From contig NZ_AJLK01000041.1 of assembly GCF_000317205.1 (NCBI RefSeq), positions 1 through 40,000 on the forward strand: a stretch of 40,000 bases of DNA, read 5' to 3'. A model generated the notes under the pieces. That model searched no databases, was not told where the DNA came from, and saw only the letters and a program-made list of their open reading frames with translations. Below are positions 17,995-26,474 of the stretch, piece after piece (the stretch's first letter is position 1; each line of letters starts with the position of its first letter). Origin of the DNA: Fischerella muscicola PCC 7414. GTDB taxonomy: Bacteria > Cyanobacteriota > Cyanobacteriia > Cyanobacteriales > Nostocaceae. A program made the translations under genes and the position numbers.

Positions 17995-18294
17995 ATGGCT
18001 ACCTACCAAGTAAGATTAATCAACAAAAAAGAAGACCTCGACGCCACAATTGAAGTTGATGAAGATACTACTATCCTAGAAGCAGCAGAAGAAAACGGCA
18101 TTGACTTACCCTTCTCTTGTCACTCTGGCTCTTGCTCTAGCTGCGTTGGTAAGATAGTTGAAGGTGAAGTAGATCAGTCTGAGCAAATTTTCTTAGATGA
18201 TGAGCAGGTGTCCAAAGGATTCGCATTACTTTGTGTTACCTATCCTCGTTCTAATTGCACTATTAAAACTCATCAAGAACCCTATCTTGTCTAA
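17995..18294 (+). CDS. fdxH: Heterocyst-type plant-like [2Fe-2S] ferredoxin FdxH
   Basis: 99 aa. [11 protein letters not shown]...[15 protein letters not shown]...[18 protein letters not shown] closely resembles Anabaena FdxH. GAGGAG RBS. Confidence 0.95.
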   Translation: MATYQVRLINKKEDLDATIEVDEDTTILEAAEENGIDLPFSCHSGSCSSCVGKIVEGEVDQSEQIFLDDEQVSKGFALLCVTYPRSNCTIKTHQEPYLV

Positions 18295-18531
18295 ACCTCT
18301 CATTTTTTTATTTCCTTTATTTTTCTTTCCTTAGCTATTTTGAGGTCATAGCTATTACATAGTTATGACTTCTTTATTCAGAAAAATAAATTTTTTATAC
18401 TTACTTAAGTGATCTGTTCATAACAATTATTTTTCAAATACTATTGTTAATTATAAGATAACGTGATTTTATATGTTTTGGTTGATTCTTTAGTTTTATT
18501 TTACAAATAACTTAAATATCTAGTATTTAAA

Positions 18532-18796
18532 CACTACTAACTACTAACTAATGTAGAGACGTGCCATGGCACGTCTGGTACAACAACCAACAACCCTACC
18601 CTTACCTTAAGCCACTTCGTGTCTACGGGTTCGCCAGTCCCCCTACCCTTACCTTAAGCCACTACCTGCGGAAGCCGCTTCGCGTCTACGTGTCTACGTG
18701 ACGGAGACCGCCTTTTTGGGGGGCTGGTCTCACCAACAACCAACAATCAACAACCAACAACCAACAATCAACAACCAACAACTAACCACTAACTAG
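18532..18796. repeat. Composite repeat island between fdxH and feoA
   Basis: ACTAACT array (18532-18551). CCATGG palindrome (18553-18581). Two copies of ccctacccttaccttaagccac (18594-18615, 18641-18662). gagacc/ggtctc hairpin (18704-18731). Long CAACAAC/CAACAAT array (18732-18796). Confidence 0.9.
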
Positions 18797-18799
18797 TAA

Positions 18800-19051
18800 A
18801 TGTTTAACGGTTTTAGCGTTACTGGTTCTTCATTAGAATTACTGAAAATAGGAGAAAAAGGAATTATTCAGTTCTGTAACACTCAGGACGTAAACCTTCT
18901 CAATCAAGTGATATCTTTGGGTCTAACTCCAGGAACATACTTGACTGTAGAAAAGCAATTTCCTAACTTTGTTATCAACGTTAGACAACGAAGATTAGCG
19001 ATTAGTAAGGAAATTGCTCGTAAAATTTATGTCCGAATTGTGAATAGGTAA
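18800..19051 (+). CDS. feoA: FeoA-domain protein
   Basis: 83 aa. The pattern LLKIGEKGII...LGLTPGTYLTVEKQFP...VINVRQRRLAISKEIARKIYV fits the FeoA SH3-like domain. No feoB is adjacent. Confidence 0.7.
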   Translation: MFNGFSVTGSSLELLKIGEKGIIQFCNTQDVNLLNQVISLGLTPGTYLTVEKQFPNFVINVRQRRLAISKEIARKIYVRIVNR

Positions 19052-19319
19052 TTATATGTTTGTTATTAATTAGGTTATTGGTTGATTTTTAATTATTTTT
19101 AGAATATTTAGATATTGCACTTCAACTTGAGTACGCTTGGAACTTTAGTTCCAAGCTTATAGCAAAAGTCCATTTTAACGGACTAAATAATACGTAGATA
19201 CGCCTTCTACTATATTTTCAAGACAGTCATTCACGGGAAAATCTCCACAAGCAAATATGGAAATATGACTTTTCCTACACCCCAACACCCTTACACCCCC
19301 ACACCTATTTAATAAAAAT

Positions 19320-20264
19320 ATGACTGGGAACACCGTCACGCGCTACTATCACAACTTTTTACAAGTCGTTCAGAGTTACTATCAACTCACAAAACCCCGA
19401 ATTATTCCTCTGCTATTGATTACGACAGCTGCTAGTATGTCGATCGCATCTGAGGGAAAATTAGATCCAATATTGCTACTAGTAACTTTGGCTGGTGGTA
19501 GTTTTGCTGCTGCTAGCGCTCAAACTTTTAATTGCGTCTATGATCGCGATATTGATTATGAAATGGAACGCACGCGCCATCGTCCTTTACCTTCTGGTCG
19601 TGTCCAACCTACTCATGCTTTAATATTTGCGATCACTTTAGCTTGTATTTCTTTTACATTGCTGACAGTCTTTGTAAATTTGCTCAGTGCTTTACTAGCA
19701 ATGTCGGGGATTTTATTTTATGTAGGCGTCTACACTCATTTACTCAAACGTCACACACGGCTGAACATTGTTATTGGTGGTGCAGCTGGGGCTGTTCCCA
19801 TGTTGGTGGGTTGGGCAGCAGTCACTGGTACACTGAGTTGGACAGCGTGGTTATTATTTGCGATCGTTTTTTTGTGGACACCTCCCCATTTTTGGGCGTT
19901 AGCCTTGATGATTAGCGAAGATTATGCCAAGGTAGGTGTACCCATGCTGCCTGTGGTTACTGATAATATCACCGCCGCCCGGCAAATTTGGGTATATACT
20001 TTAATGCTTGTCCCTGCTACGTTTTTGTTGATCGACCCTCTACAAGCAGTAGGTACTGTCTATGGCTGTATAGCCTTTATTATGGGAGCTATCTTTATTA
20101 AAAAAGCCTGGGCACTTTTGCAAGATTCAGAGAATAAACAATCAGCGCGATCGCTTTTTCTTTACTCTATTCTTTACATGATGTTGTTGTGTGCTGCTAT
20201 GGTAGTTGATAGTTTACCGATTACCCACAATTTCACTCAAGTAATGATACAATTAGTTAATTGA
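19320..20264 (+). CDS. ctaB: Protoheme IX farnesyltransferase (heme O synthase), CtaB/CyoE family
   Basis: YYQLTKPRIIPLLLITT, NCVYDRDIDYEMERTRHRPLPSGR and multiple TM helices (UbiA superfamily). Confidence 0.9.
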   Translation: MTGNTVTRYYHNFLQVVQSYYQLTKPRIIPLLLITTAASMSIASEGKLDPILLLVTLAGGSFAAASAQTFNCVYDRDIDYEMERTRHRPLPSGRVQPTHALIFAITLACISFTLLTVFVNLLSALLAMSGILFYVGVYTHLLKRHTRLNIVIGGAAGAVPMLVGWAAVTGTLSWTAWLLFAIVFLWTPPHFWALALMISEDYAKVGVPMLPVVTDNITAARQIWVYTLMLVPATFLLIDPLQAVGTVYGCIAFIMGAIFIKKAWALLQDSENKQSARSLFLYSILYMMLLCAAMVVDSLPITHNFTQVMIQLVN

Positions 20265-20343
20265 ATTGTGTTTTTTGTTGGTTGTTATTAGTTGTTTGTT
20301 TTGACAATCAACCACTAACCACCAACAAACAACTAAGTATTTT
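20265..20343. repeat. GT-rich/CA-rich heptamer hairpin between convergent ctaB and mop
   Basis: ttgtgttttttgttggttgttattagttgtttgttttg is followed by acaatcaaccactaaccaccaacaaacaactaag. Confidence 0.85.
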
Positions 20344-20553
20344 TTAATCAACAGCAACTATCACATCTGTTGCTTTCACCACAGCATAAGCTTCTTTACC
20401 TTCAGCTAGCTGCAAACTATCTGCTGAAGCTTTTGTAATAATAGCAGTTACTTCTACTCCAGGTGCTAATTCTAATGTCACTTCAGTATTTACAGACCCT
20501 GGTACGACTTTTTTCACAGTAGCTTTTAGAGTATTACGAGCGCTGATTTTCAT
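20344..20553 (-). CDS. mop: Molybdenum-pterin/molybdate-binding protein Mop (TOBE domain)
   Basis: 69 aa. MKISARNTLKATVKKVVPGSVNTEVTLELAPG...AVVKATDVIVAV is the classic molbindin pattern. Confidence 0.9.
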   Translation of the reverse strand: MKISARNTLKATVKKVVPGSVNTEVTLELAPGVEVTAIITKASADSLQLAEGKEAYAVVKATDVIVAVD

Positions 20554-21180
20554 CTTTTTGTATCTTTGGTTATTTGACTCATTTATGTTATCTATTTAAG
20601 AGAACTTGTATGTATTTCTTTAGATTTTTTTTATAAAGTATTTTTTATACTTAATTTAATTTCTAAATATATTGTTGCTTGTACCCAACTATATACCTAC
20701 AGAAAGGGTATTTCGTAGATTAATTTAACTACAATTTTTCACTCTGTGTATTTACATTTTATAAAAATTCTATTAACTCATATCTTGCACCTCACCGTAC
20801 AACCCCAGGTTAAGTAAAAAGATGCGCGATAAAGATACTTCACTTTTATAGGTTTTTGTCGTTAAATCAAGGCTTTCGCTTTTTTACTGAGTAATAAAGT
20901 TACATCAATTTTTCTTGGTGCAAAATGTGAGTTAACAATTAACTGCCGATACAATTAAATTTTCACGCTTTATTTAAATAATATACAGACAAATAAATTA
21001 TGTTAATTTATTAGACAAAAAATTAGTAGATACTGAAATCATACCTAAATAAATTAGAGATTGTCTAAAATTATTGTCTCTTATTAAAAATATGACAATG
21101 TTAGATTTATTGCAAAAGACAACACAAGTTACAAGGGGAAGGGTCAAAGGAATTTTAAAACCCTCGCCTTGGCTCTTTAA

Positions 21181-21525
21181 GCTTTTACCAAAATCTTAAG
21201 TCAATATTGCAAGATTTCTACAGAAAGGGAACCTGTCATTCAAGGTGAATTACTTGGCATTATTTCTGTCACCGACATTATTACCAAAGGTGACTTCCTG
21301 GAAAAACCCAAATTAGCTTTCTTGCAAAAAGAACTTCAAAAAGCCATATCGAATGCTCGCTCAATTTCCAGTAACTACGGCGCGGATTCCAAAAAAGTTG
21401 TAGAAGCTTGGGATTTTGTAGACGAACTCGAAGCAGAAGCATGTTTTTATGGCGCACCCAAGTTAGAAAAATCAACGAGACAACTATTCTCTAATGGACG
21501 TCATCCCGTGAGCGTAGTTCACTAA
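21181..21525 (+). pseudogene. Remnant of a CBS-CP12 fusion gene (last CBS strand + degenerate CP12 domain)
   Basis: The frame is open from 21181 with no start codon until 21322. It reads ...EPVIQGELLGIISVTDIITKG (CBS-like end), then AISNARSISSNYGADSKKVVEAWDFVDELEAEA (CP12 AWDxVEEL core). Both CP12 Cys pairs are lost. Confidence 0.4.
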
Positions 21526-21549
21526 GTATAAACTATGTAGCTATTATGA

Positions 21550-21575
21550 GGTGCGTTAACGCGGTGTAACGCACC
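21550..21575. repeat. GGTGCGTTA...TAACGCACC hairpin repeat, copy 2
   Basis: ggtgcgtta (21550-21558) and taacgcacc (21567-21575). The arms are identical to those of the copy at 1083-1114. Confidence 0.85.
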
Positions 21576-22268
21576 CTACAAATTTAATATTTACTTTATT
21601 AATTATCTTTTAGTGTAATTATCTTTGAAAACTTTTCTCAAAACTATTTTTATAAATTAATAGTCAGTTTTTATAAGCAAAAGGCTTTTTACTGAGCTTA
21701 CTAAGGTGTAGTTTTCAAAATAGACAGTGTAGCATTTTGCTTCTATGATTTAGAACTTGAGAATTATTTTCTAACACGTATATAAAAAATCATTGATATT
21801 AAGTTAGAGATTAATATTTTACCCAGCAATAGTATCAATGGATTCTTTTTTTTAATTATTTATGTTTATTATAAATCTAGCTGGAACTATAAAAGGTTGA
21901 AGTATTGCTTTGTAGATAGAAAATATCAATCATCTAAGTAAAGTTACTGCTTCAGCTTTAATCCAGACAAAAACCTAAAATAATTTTTAATTTTCACGTC
22001 ATTACAACGAACCTAATCCTTCGATCTCCTTCTCCTACAACATAGGAAAGGGGTAATGTAAAAATTGGATTTGTTAGCCTCTTTCAGCATATGAAAAAGA
22101 TTTAACAAGAGGTAAGCTATATCCTTAAAACTCACGTTAATATTAATACATTTACTCTTATTAATCTAGGAATTACTGGAGGTTTTAATGTAACCAGCTA
22201 GACTAATAAAAACTGTACTTTCAAGCATTGTAAGTGTAAATTATATATAGTCATTAAGGGAGAAAGAG

Positions 22269-22637
22269 ATGAATAAGGAATTTTTACCAAAGGATGATTC
22301 CCACCCTCTTCAGCTAACTTCAGCAGACATTATATTGCGCCAACAACTAGAAAATTCTATTAGTAGTTATTTTTTTAATGCTTGCGATCGCACTATTCAA
22401 AATTTATTATCTAGTTGTCGTTGGTACATTCTTAGTCATGCGAATGCTTTGACTTTAGTAGTCGAATGTCCCGACCAAATTACTAACTGGCGTGTTCTGC
22501 AAAAAATTGTGCCAATGGCGGCAATTTTAGGCGACATTATTAGTAGCGCCAAAATTCGCATTTGTCCGCCCAAAAAAGAGGGAATGCCTTTTGAGATGAG
22601 AGTAGATGAGTTATCAGTTTATCGGGATATGGCGTAG
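22269..22637 (+). CDS. Hypothetical protein
   Basis: 122-aa ORF with a GGGAG RBS (taagggagaaagagATG). No motif recognised. Confidence 0.5.
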   Translation: MNKEFLPKDDSHPLQLTSADIILRQQLENSISSYFFNACDRTIQNLLSSCRWYILSHANALTLVVECPDQITNWRVLQKIVPMAAILGDIISSAKIRICPPKKEGMPFEMRVDELSVYRDMA

Positions 22638-22704
22638 TGGTTCTTAGTTGTTTGTTGGTTGTTGTTTGTTGATCGATAGACACTAACTACTAACCACTAA
22701 CTCT
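22638..22704. repeat. GT-rich/CA-rich heptamer arrays between convergent genes
   Basis: tggttcttagttgtttgttggttgttgtttgttgatcg is followed by atagacactaactactaaccactaactctc. Confidence 0.85.
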
Positions 22705-23181
22705 CTACTGAATTATCGCTTTAATTTCTGCAAAAACCAGGTCAGCAGAATCTTTAACAGCAGGACTCAACTCCCAACCAAAATCAAGATTTGCCGCTTC
22801 AATTAAATAAACTATCACCTCTTGAGGAAAATCATTCTGAAAGATTTTTCTGCCTGCGGCTAAAGCATTATCCCAACGAAAATCATGCAAATTATAACTT
22901 GCTTCTGGCAGGGTCTCTAGTTCTTTTCCTGGAACTTTAAATACAGCGCCTGGTTCGGAACCTGTTGCACTTGCATCAATAATAATTAACTGTTTACAAC
23001 CTCTTGCTTGAAACATCACTTCCATCCCAGCAGTACCACAATCATAAACTTGCACATGAGGATGGGGATGTTCAGCAAGATATTGCTGTAGGCGTTGAGC
23101 GACTATCACACCCACAGCATCATCATTGCGGTTGAGATTACCACAACCAATAATAGTTATTTGTCCTTGGTCATTTGTCAT
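22705..23181 (-). CDS. hupW: [NiFe]-hydrogenase maturation endopeptidase (HybD/HyaD family), HupW-like
   Basis: IIGCGNLNRNDDAVGV, IIIDA and NLHDF motifs of peptidase family M52. I recall hupW lying next to the nif cluster, in opposite orientation, in Nostoc PCC 7120. HupW versus HoxW cannot be separated by eye. Confidence 0.7.
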   Translation of the reverse strand: MTNDQGQITIIGCGNLNRNDDAVGVIVAQRLQQYLAEHPHPHVQVYDCGTAGMEVMFQARGCKQLIIIDASATGSEPGAVFKVPGKELETLPEASYNLHDFRWDNALAAGRKIFQNDFPQEVIVYLIEAANLDFGWELSPAVKDSADLVFAEIKAIIQ

Positions 23182-23309
23182 TTGTATTCCTAAAATTTGT
23201 AGTGACTGATTGAAAAATGAAGGTTTTAAATATCACATTATATTTCAAGTTGAGGCTGTGCAGCTTGAAGGAAAGCTTCTCTATAACATTTAATCTAAGG
23301 TTTTAACCC

Positions 23310-23597
23310 ATGAATTTTGAGTGGGATAAACGAAAAAACGAACTTAATATTGACAAGCACGGTTTCGATTTTGCTGATGCTTATCGAGTCTTTGACTTGC
23401 CGATGGCGGTTGACCTTGATGAGCGCAACGATTATGGTGAAGATCGATGGATCGGAATTGGACTACTGGATGGACGTGTGGTGGTAGTTGTGTACACTGA
23501 GCCTAATGAAGCAACAATTCGTATAATTTCCTTAAGAAAAGCACTCTCACATGAAAGGAGGCGTTATGAGCAATACCTCAAAAACCGACTGGTCTAG
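23310..23597 (+). CDS. brnT: BrnT-family (DUF497) ribonuclease toxin
   Basis: MNFEWDKRKNELNIDKHGFDFADAYRVFD...IRIISLRKALSHERRRY matches the BrnT signature. Confidence 0.8.
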   Translation: MNFEWDKRKNELNIDKHGFDFADAYRVFDLPMAVDLDERNDYGEDRWIGIGLLDGRVVVVVYTEPNEATIRIISLRKALSHERRRYEQYLKNRLV

Positions 23598-23844
23598 AAT
23601 TGACGCGATGACTGACGATGAAATTGACACATCAGATATTCCCCCTCTTACAGACGAATTCTTCTCCAAGGCAAAGTTACGAATGCCTGTATCGCCATTG
23701 GCTACAGTTACTATTCGTGTTGATTCTGAGACATTGGCATGGTTCGAATCAAAGGGTGAAGAAGCTGAACAGCATATGGCTGCTGCACTACGAATCTATG
23801 CAGAAGCACAAAAGAAGGCTGCTACCATGCGTCAATCAACATAA
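23566..23844 (+). CDS. brnA: BrnA-type antitoxin (DUF4415/CopG-like)
   Basis: MSNTSKTDWSRIDAMTDDEIDTSDIPPLTDEFF... The ATG at 23566 lies 5 nt after GGAGG and overlaps the brnT 3' end. The track start (23551) is less likely. Confidence 0.75.
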   Translation: MSNTSKTDWSRIDAMTDDEIDTSDIPPLTDEFFSKAKLRMPVSPLATVTIRVDSETLAWFESKGEEAEQHMAAALRIYAEAQKKAATMRQST

Positions 23845-23867
23845 CAAACCTATATTGTTTTAATTCA

Positions 23868-23915
23868 CATCAGGTGGAAATTAAGAAAATAGAAACTTTA
23901 CCTGATGGTTTTTTA
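23868..23915 (+). terminator. Putative rho-independent terminator after brnA
   Basis: catcaggt (23868-23875) pairs with acctgatg (23900-23907), followed by gttttttatt. The loop is long (24 nt). Confidence 0.5.
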
Positions 23916-24301
23916 TTTACAAACAAAATATAGTCAGTATTATACCATTTTTTTAATAAAAAATTACTGCAAAATACTTTTATTGATCAACGAAAATTTT
24001 ACATCAATACGTTATTAATAATAGTTCACTATTGACATTTAGCAATTGTAATTCTGATTAAAAAATACATTTTTTAGCTTTGTTTAAGAATATTATCGTT
24101 GTATGCTAATTATTAAGTTTTGAGTCTAAAAGTTAAACTAAATTCATCCTATCCTACAACCAAGCTAATTCTTAACTAACCGGATTTCGCCACGCAAAGA
24201 TCATAACCAAATTGGTTAAGTATGAATGCTGGTAGTGACATTTATGGACGCCAATCTTGAAAATTGAGCTTATATGCAGCAGATATACCCAGGAGAATTT
24301 T

Positions 24302-24802
24302 ATGCTTGAGTATCTAACGCGTTTGAACGACCACAATTTACCCTATCCAGATACGATTCATCCTATTGTTGTTCACTTTGTCATAGCAATGGTGTTGTTT
24401 GCCTTCTGCTGTGATGTGATAGGTTATTTTACCCGCAATTCCCGTCTGTTCGAGGTCAGCTGGTGGAATATGTGTCTTGCTACCGTCGCCATCTTTGTGG
24501 CGATCATTTTTGGTCAGTTTGAAGCAGGTTTGGCAAGACCTTATCATCTAGCCAAGTCAGTACTGAATATGCATACCCTGATTGGCTGGTCACTTTCAGG
24601 AATTATTGCTGCAATCACAGCTTGGCGTTATGTAATTCGTACGCGCAACCCCCAGAAATTACCCATTGGATATTTGGGAGTAGGACTACTACTAGTCACC
24701 ATCGTTGGTATGCAAGTATATCTGGGAGATCAACTTGTTTGGGTGTATGGACTGCACACAGTACCAGTAGTTGAAGCAGTAAAGGATGGTATTTTGCGAT
24801 GA
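24302..24802 (+). CDS. DUF2231-family membrane protein (cox3-operon associated)
   Basis: IHPIVVHFVIAMVLFAF motif plus about 4 TM helices. The ATG at 24302 follows AGGAG. The track start at 24257 (TTG) is less likely. Confidence 0.7.
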   Translation: MLEYLTRLNDHNLPYPDTIHPIVVHFVIAMVLFAFCCDVIGYFTRNSRLFEVSWWNMCLATVAIFVAIIFGQFEAGLARPYHLAKSVLNMHTLIGWSLSGIIAAITAWRYVIRTRNPQKLPIGYLGVGLLLVTIVGMQVYLGDQLVWVYGLHTVPVVEAVKDGILR

Positions 24803-25407
24803 ACCCAGAACTAATTGATCAATTGGGAGCTAAACTAGGCGCAAACGGACTACCCTACACCATTCCTATTCATCCCAACTTAGTTCATCTGACATTGGGT
24901 CTGTTCATCATTGGGATTCTCTTTGATATTGTCGGTGTATTTTTCCCCCTACATAAATTTGTCTACAAATATTTAGCATTACCAGTTGAACGCGCAAACT
25001 TCTTTGATGTTGGCTGGTATAACATGCTGGCTTCAGCCATTATCACCTTTTTTACAGTAGCGGCAGGCTTTTACGAAATCATGCTTGCAGAAGCACCAGT
25101 AGATGTTAAAAGTGCCTGGGGTATGCAAGCAATGGAAACAATGCTGTGGCATGGTGTGGGTGGTGTTTTACTCTTAGCGCTAATCGTTGGTATGACTGTT
25201 TGGCGCGGATTCCAGCGCTTTATTTGGCGCAAAGACGAAGATAGACAAGTGCAGCTGAGTTATCTCGCTGTCGGAATGGCAATCATGTTTGTGATGTATA
25301 TTCACGGCACATTGGGAGCGCAAATGGCTGCGGAATTCGGCATACATAACACCGCAGATCAATTGCTCAGAATCGGTCAAGACCTCAACGCAATTATAAA
25401 AGGTTAG
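24799..25407 (+). CDS. DUF2231-family membrane protein (second paralogue)
   Basis: IHPNLVHLTLGLFIIGILFD motif plus TM helices. The start overlaps the preceding stop (ATGA). Confidence 0.7.
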   Translation: MNPELIDQLGAKLGANGLPYTIPIHPNLVHLTLGLFIIGILFDIVGVFFPLHKFVYKYLALPVERANFFDVGWYNMLASAIITFFTVAAGFYEIMLAEAPVDVKSAWGMQAMETMLWHGVGGVLLLALIVGMTVWRGFQRFIWRKDEDRQVQLSYLAVGMAIMFVMYIHGTLGAQMAAEFGIHNTADQLLRIGQDLNAIIKG

Positions 25408-25412
25408 TGGTT

Positions 25413-25483
25413 AGGGGCGAAGCATTTGTATGAGTATCTTTGTTAAAAACTATAGATCTTCGTACAAATGCTTCGCCCGTACA
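25413..25483. repeat. ~70-bp hairpin element (GGGCGAAGCATTTGTA...TACAAATGCTTCGCCC), copy 2
   Basis: ggggcgaagcatttgtatgagtatctt ... cgtacaaatgcttcgcccgtac. The arms are the same as at 12206-12278. Confidence 0.9.
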
Positions 25484-25545
25484 GTGGTTAGTAGTCAAGC
25501 AACAACCACCAACCAACCATCAACAACTAACAACCAACTCTTCTA
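25484..25545. repeat. GT-rich then CA-rich heptamer arrays abutting coxB start
   Basis: agtggttagtagt is followed by caagcaacaaccaccaaccaaccatcaacaactaacaaccaactc. Confidence 0.85.
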
Positions 25546-25550
25546 TTGCC

Positions 25551-26459
25551 ATGAAAATCCAGAAATTACTCAAAATTCTCACCTTTGCAACGAGTGCGAT
25601 CGCACTCACTACTACCAGTCTCTGGATTGGGAAACAGGCTTACTCCTGGCTTCCTCCCCAAGCGGCTGCGGAATCGCGACTTGTTGATGATTTGATTAGC
25701 TTCTTGGTAACACTCGGAGCATTTATCTTCCTGGGTGTCACCGGAACTCTGATGTATTCCGTAATTTTCCATCGGGCGAAGAAAGGTGAAATCGCTGATG
25801 GCCCACCAATCGAAGGAAATATCACCCTCGAAGTCGTCTGGACAGCCATCCCGATTATGCTGGTGCTGTGGATTGCTGGTTATAGCTACCAAATCTACGA
25901 GCAAATGGGAATTCAAGGCCCAAATGAACACGTCCACTTCCATATGCCGATGGGGATGGAATCAGCTTATGCAGCACCAAAAGACGCACCTGTTGACACC
26001 ACCACTGAACCTGTAGAAAAAATCGACGTTCTTGCCAAACAATGGGCTTGGGTCTTCCACTATCCAGAAAAGAATGTCACCAGTAGCGAACTGCACCTAC
26101 CTGCTAACAAAAGAGTGCGTTTAGCATTACAATCTGAAGACGTTCTGCATGGCTTATACGTACCAGCCTTTCGCCTCAAACAAGACATAGTTCCCAACCA
26201 AACTATAGACTTTGAATTCACCCCCATCCGGCTTGGTAAATATCAACTCACTGATTCTCAATACAGTGGTACATATTTTGCAACCATGCAAGCCGATGTT
26301 GTAGTTGAATCACCAGAAGATTACCAGCAGTGGCTGACCAAAGCTGCAACCCGCAAACCTTCTCCAGCCAAAAATCAGGCAGTTTCTGAATACGCTCAAG
26401 CAGATGGCTGGACAACCGTCGCCCCTGCTGCACCTCCTCTGGTTAATTATCCTGGCTAA
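25551..26459 (+). CDS. coxB: Heme-copper oxidase subunit II lacking CuA ligands (ARTO/quinol-oxidase type CoxB)
   Basis: Two N-terminal TM helices and a cupredoxin-like domain (DVLHGLYVPAFRLKQD). DSQYSGTYFATM replaces the CuA motif CxExCxxxHxxM. The start at ATG 25551 (MKIQKLL) is preferred; the track N-terminus translates repeats. Confidence 0.85.
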   Translation: MKIQKLLKILTFATSAIALTTTSLWIGKQAYSWLPPQAAAESRLVDDLISFLVTLGAFIFLGVTGTLMYSVIFHRAKKGEIADGPPIEGNITLEVVWTAIPIMLVLWIAGYSYQIYEQMGIQGPNEHVHFHMPMGMESAYAAPKDAPVDTTTEPVEKIDVLAKQWAWVFHYPEKNVTSSELHLPANKRVRLALQSEDVLHGLYVPAFRLKQDIVPNQTIDFEFTPIRLGKYQLTDSQYSGTYFATMQADVVVESPEDYQQWLTKAATRKPSPAKNQAVSEYAQADGWTTVAPAAPPLVNYPG

Positions 26460-26474
26460 AAGGAAAACAAAGCG

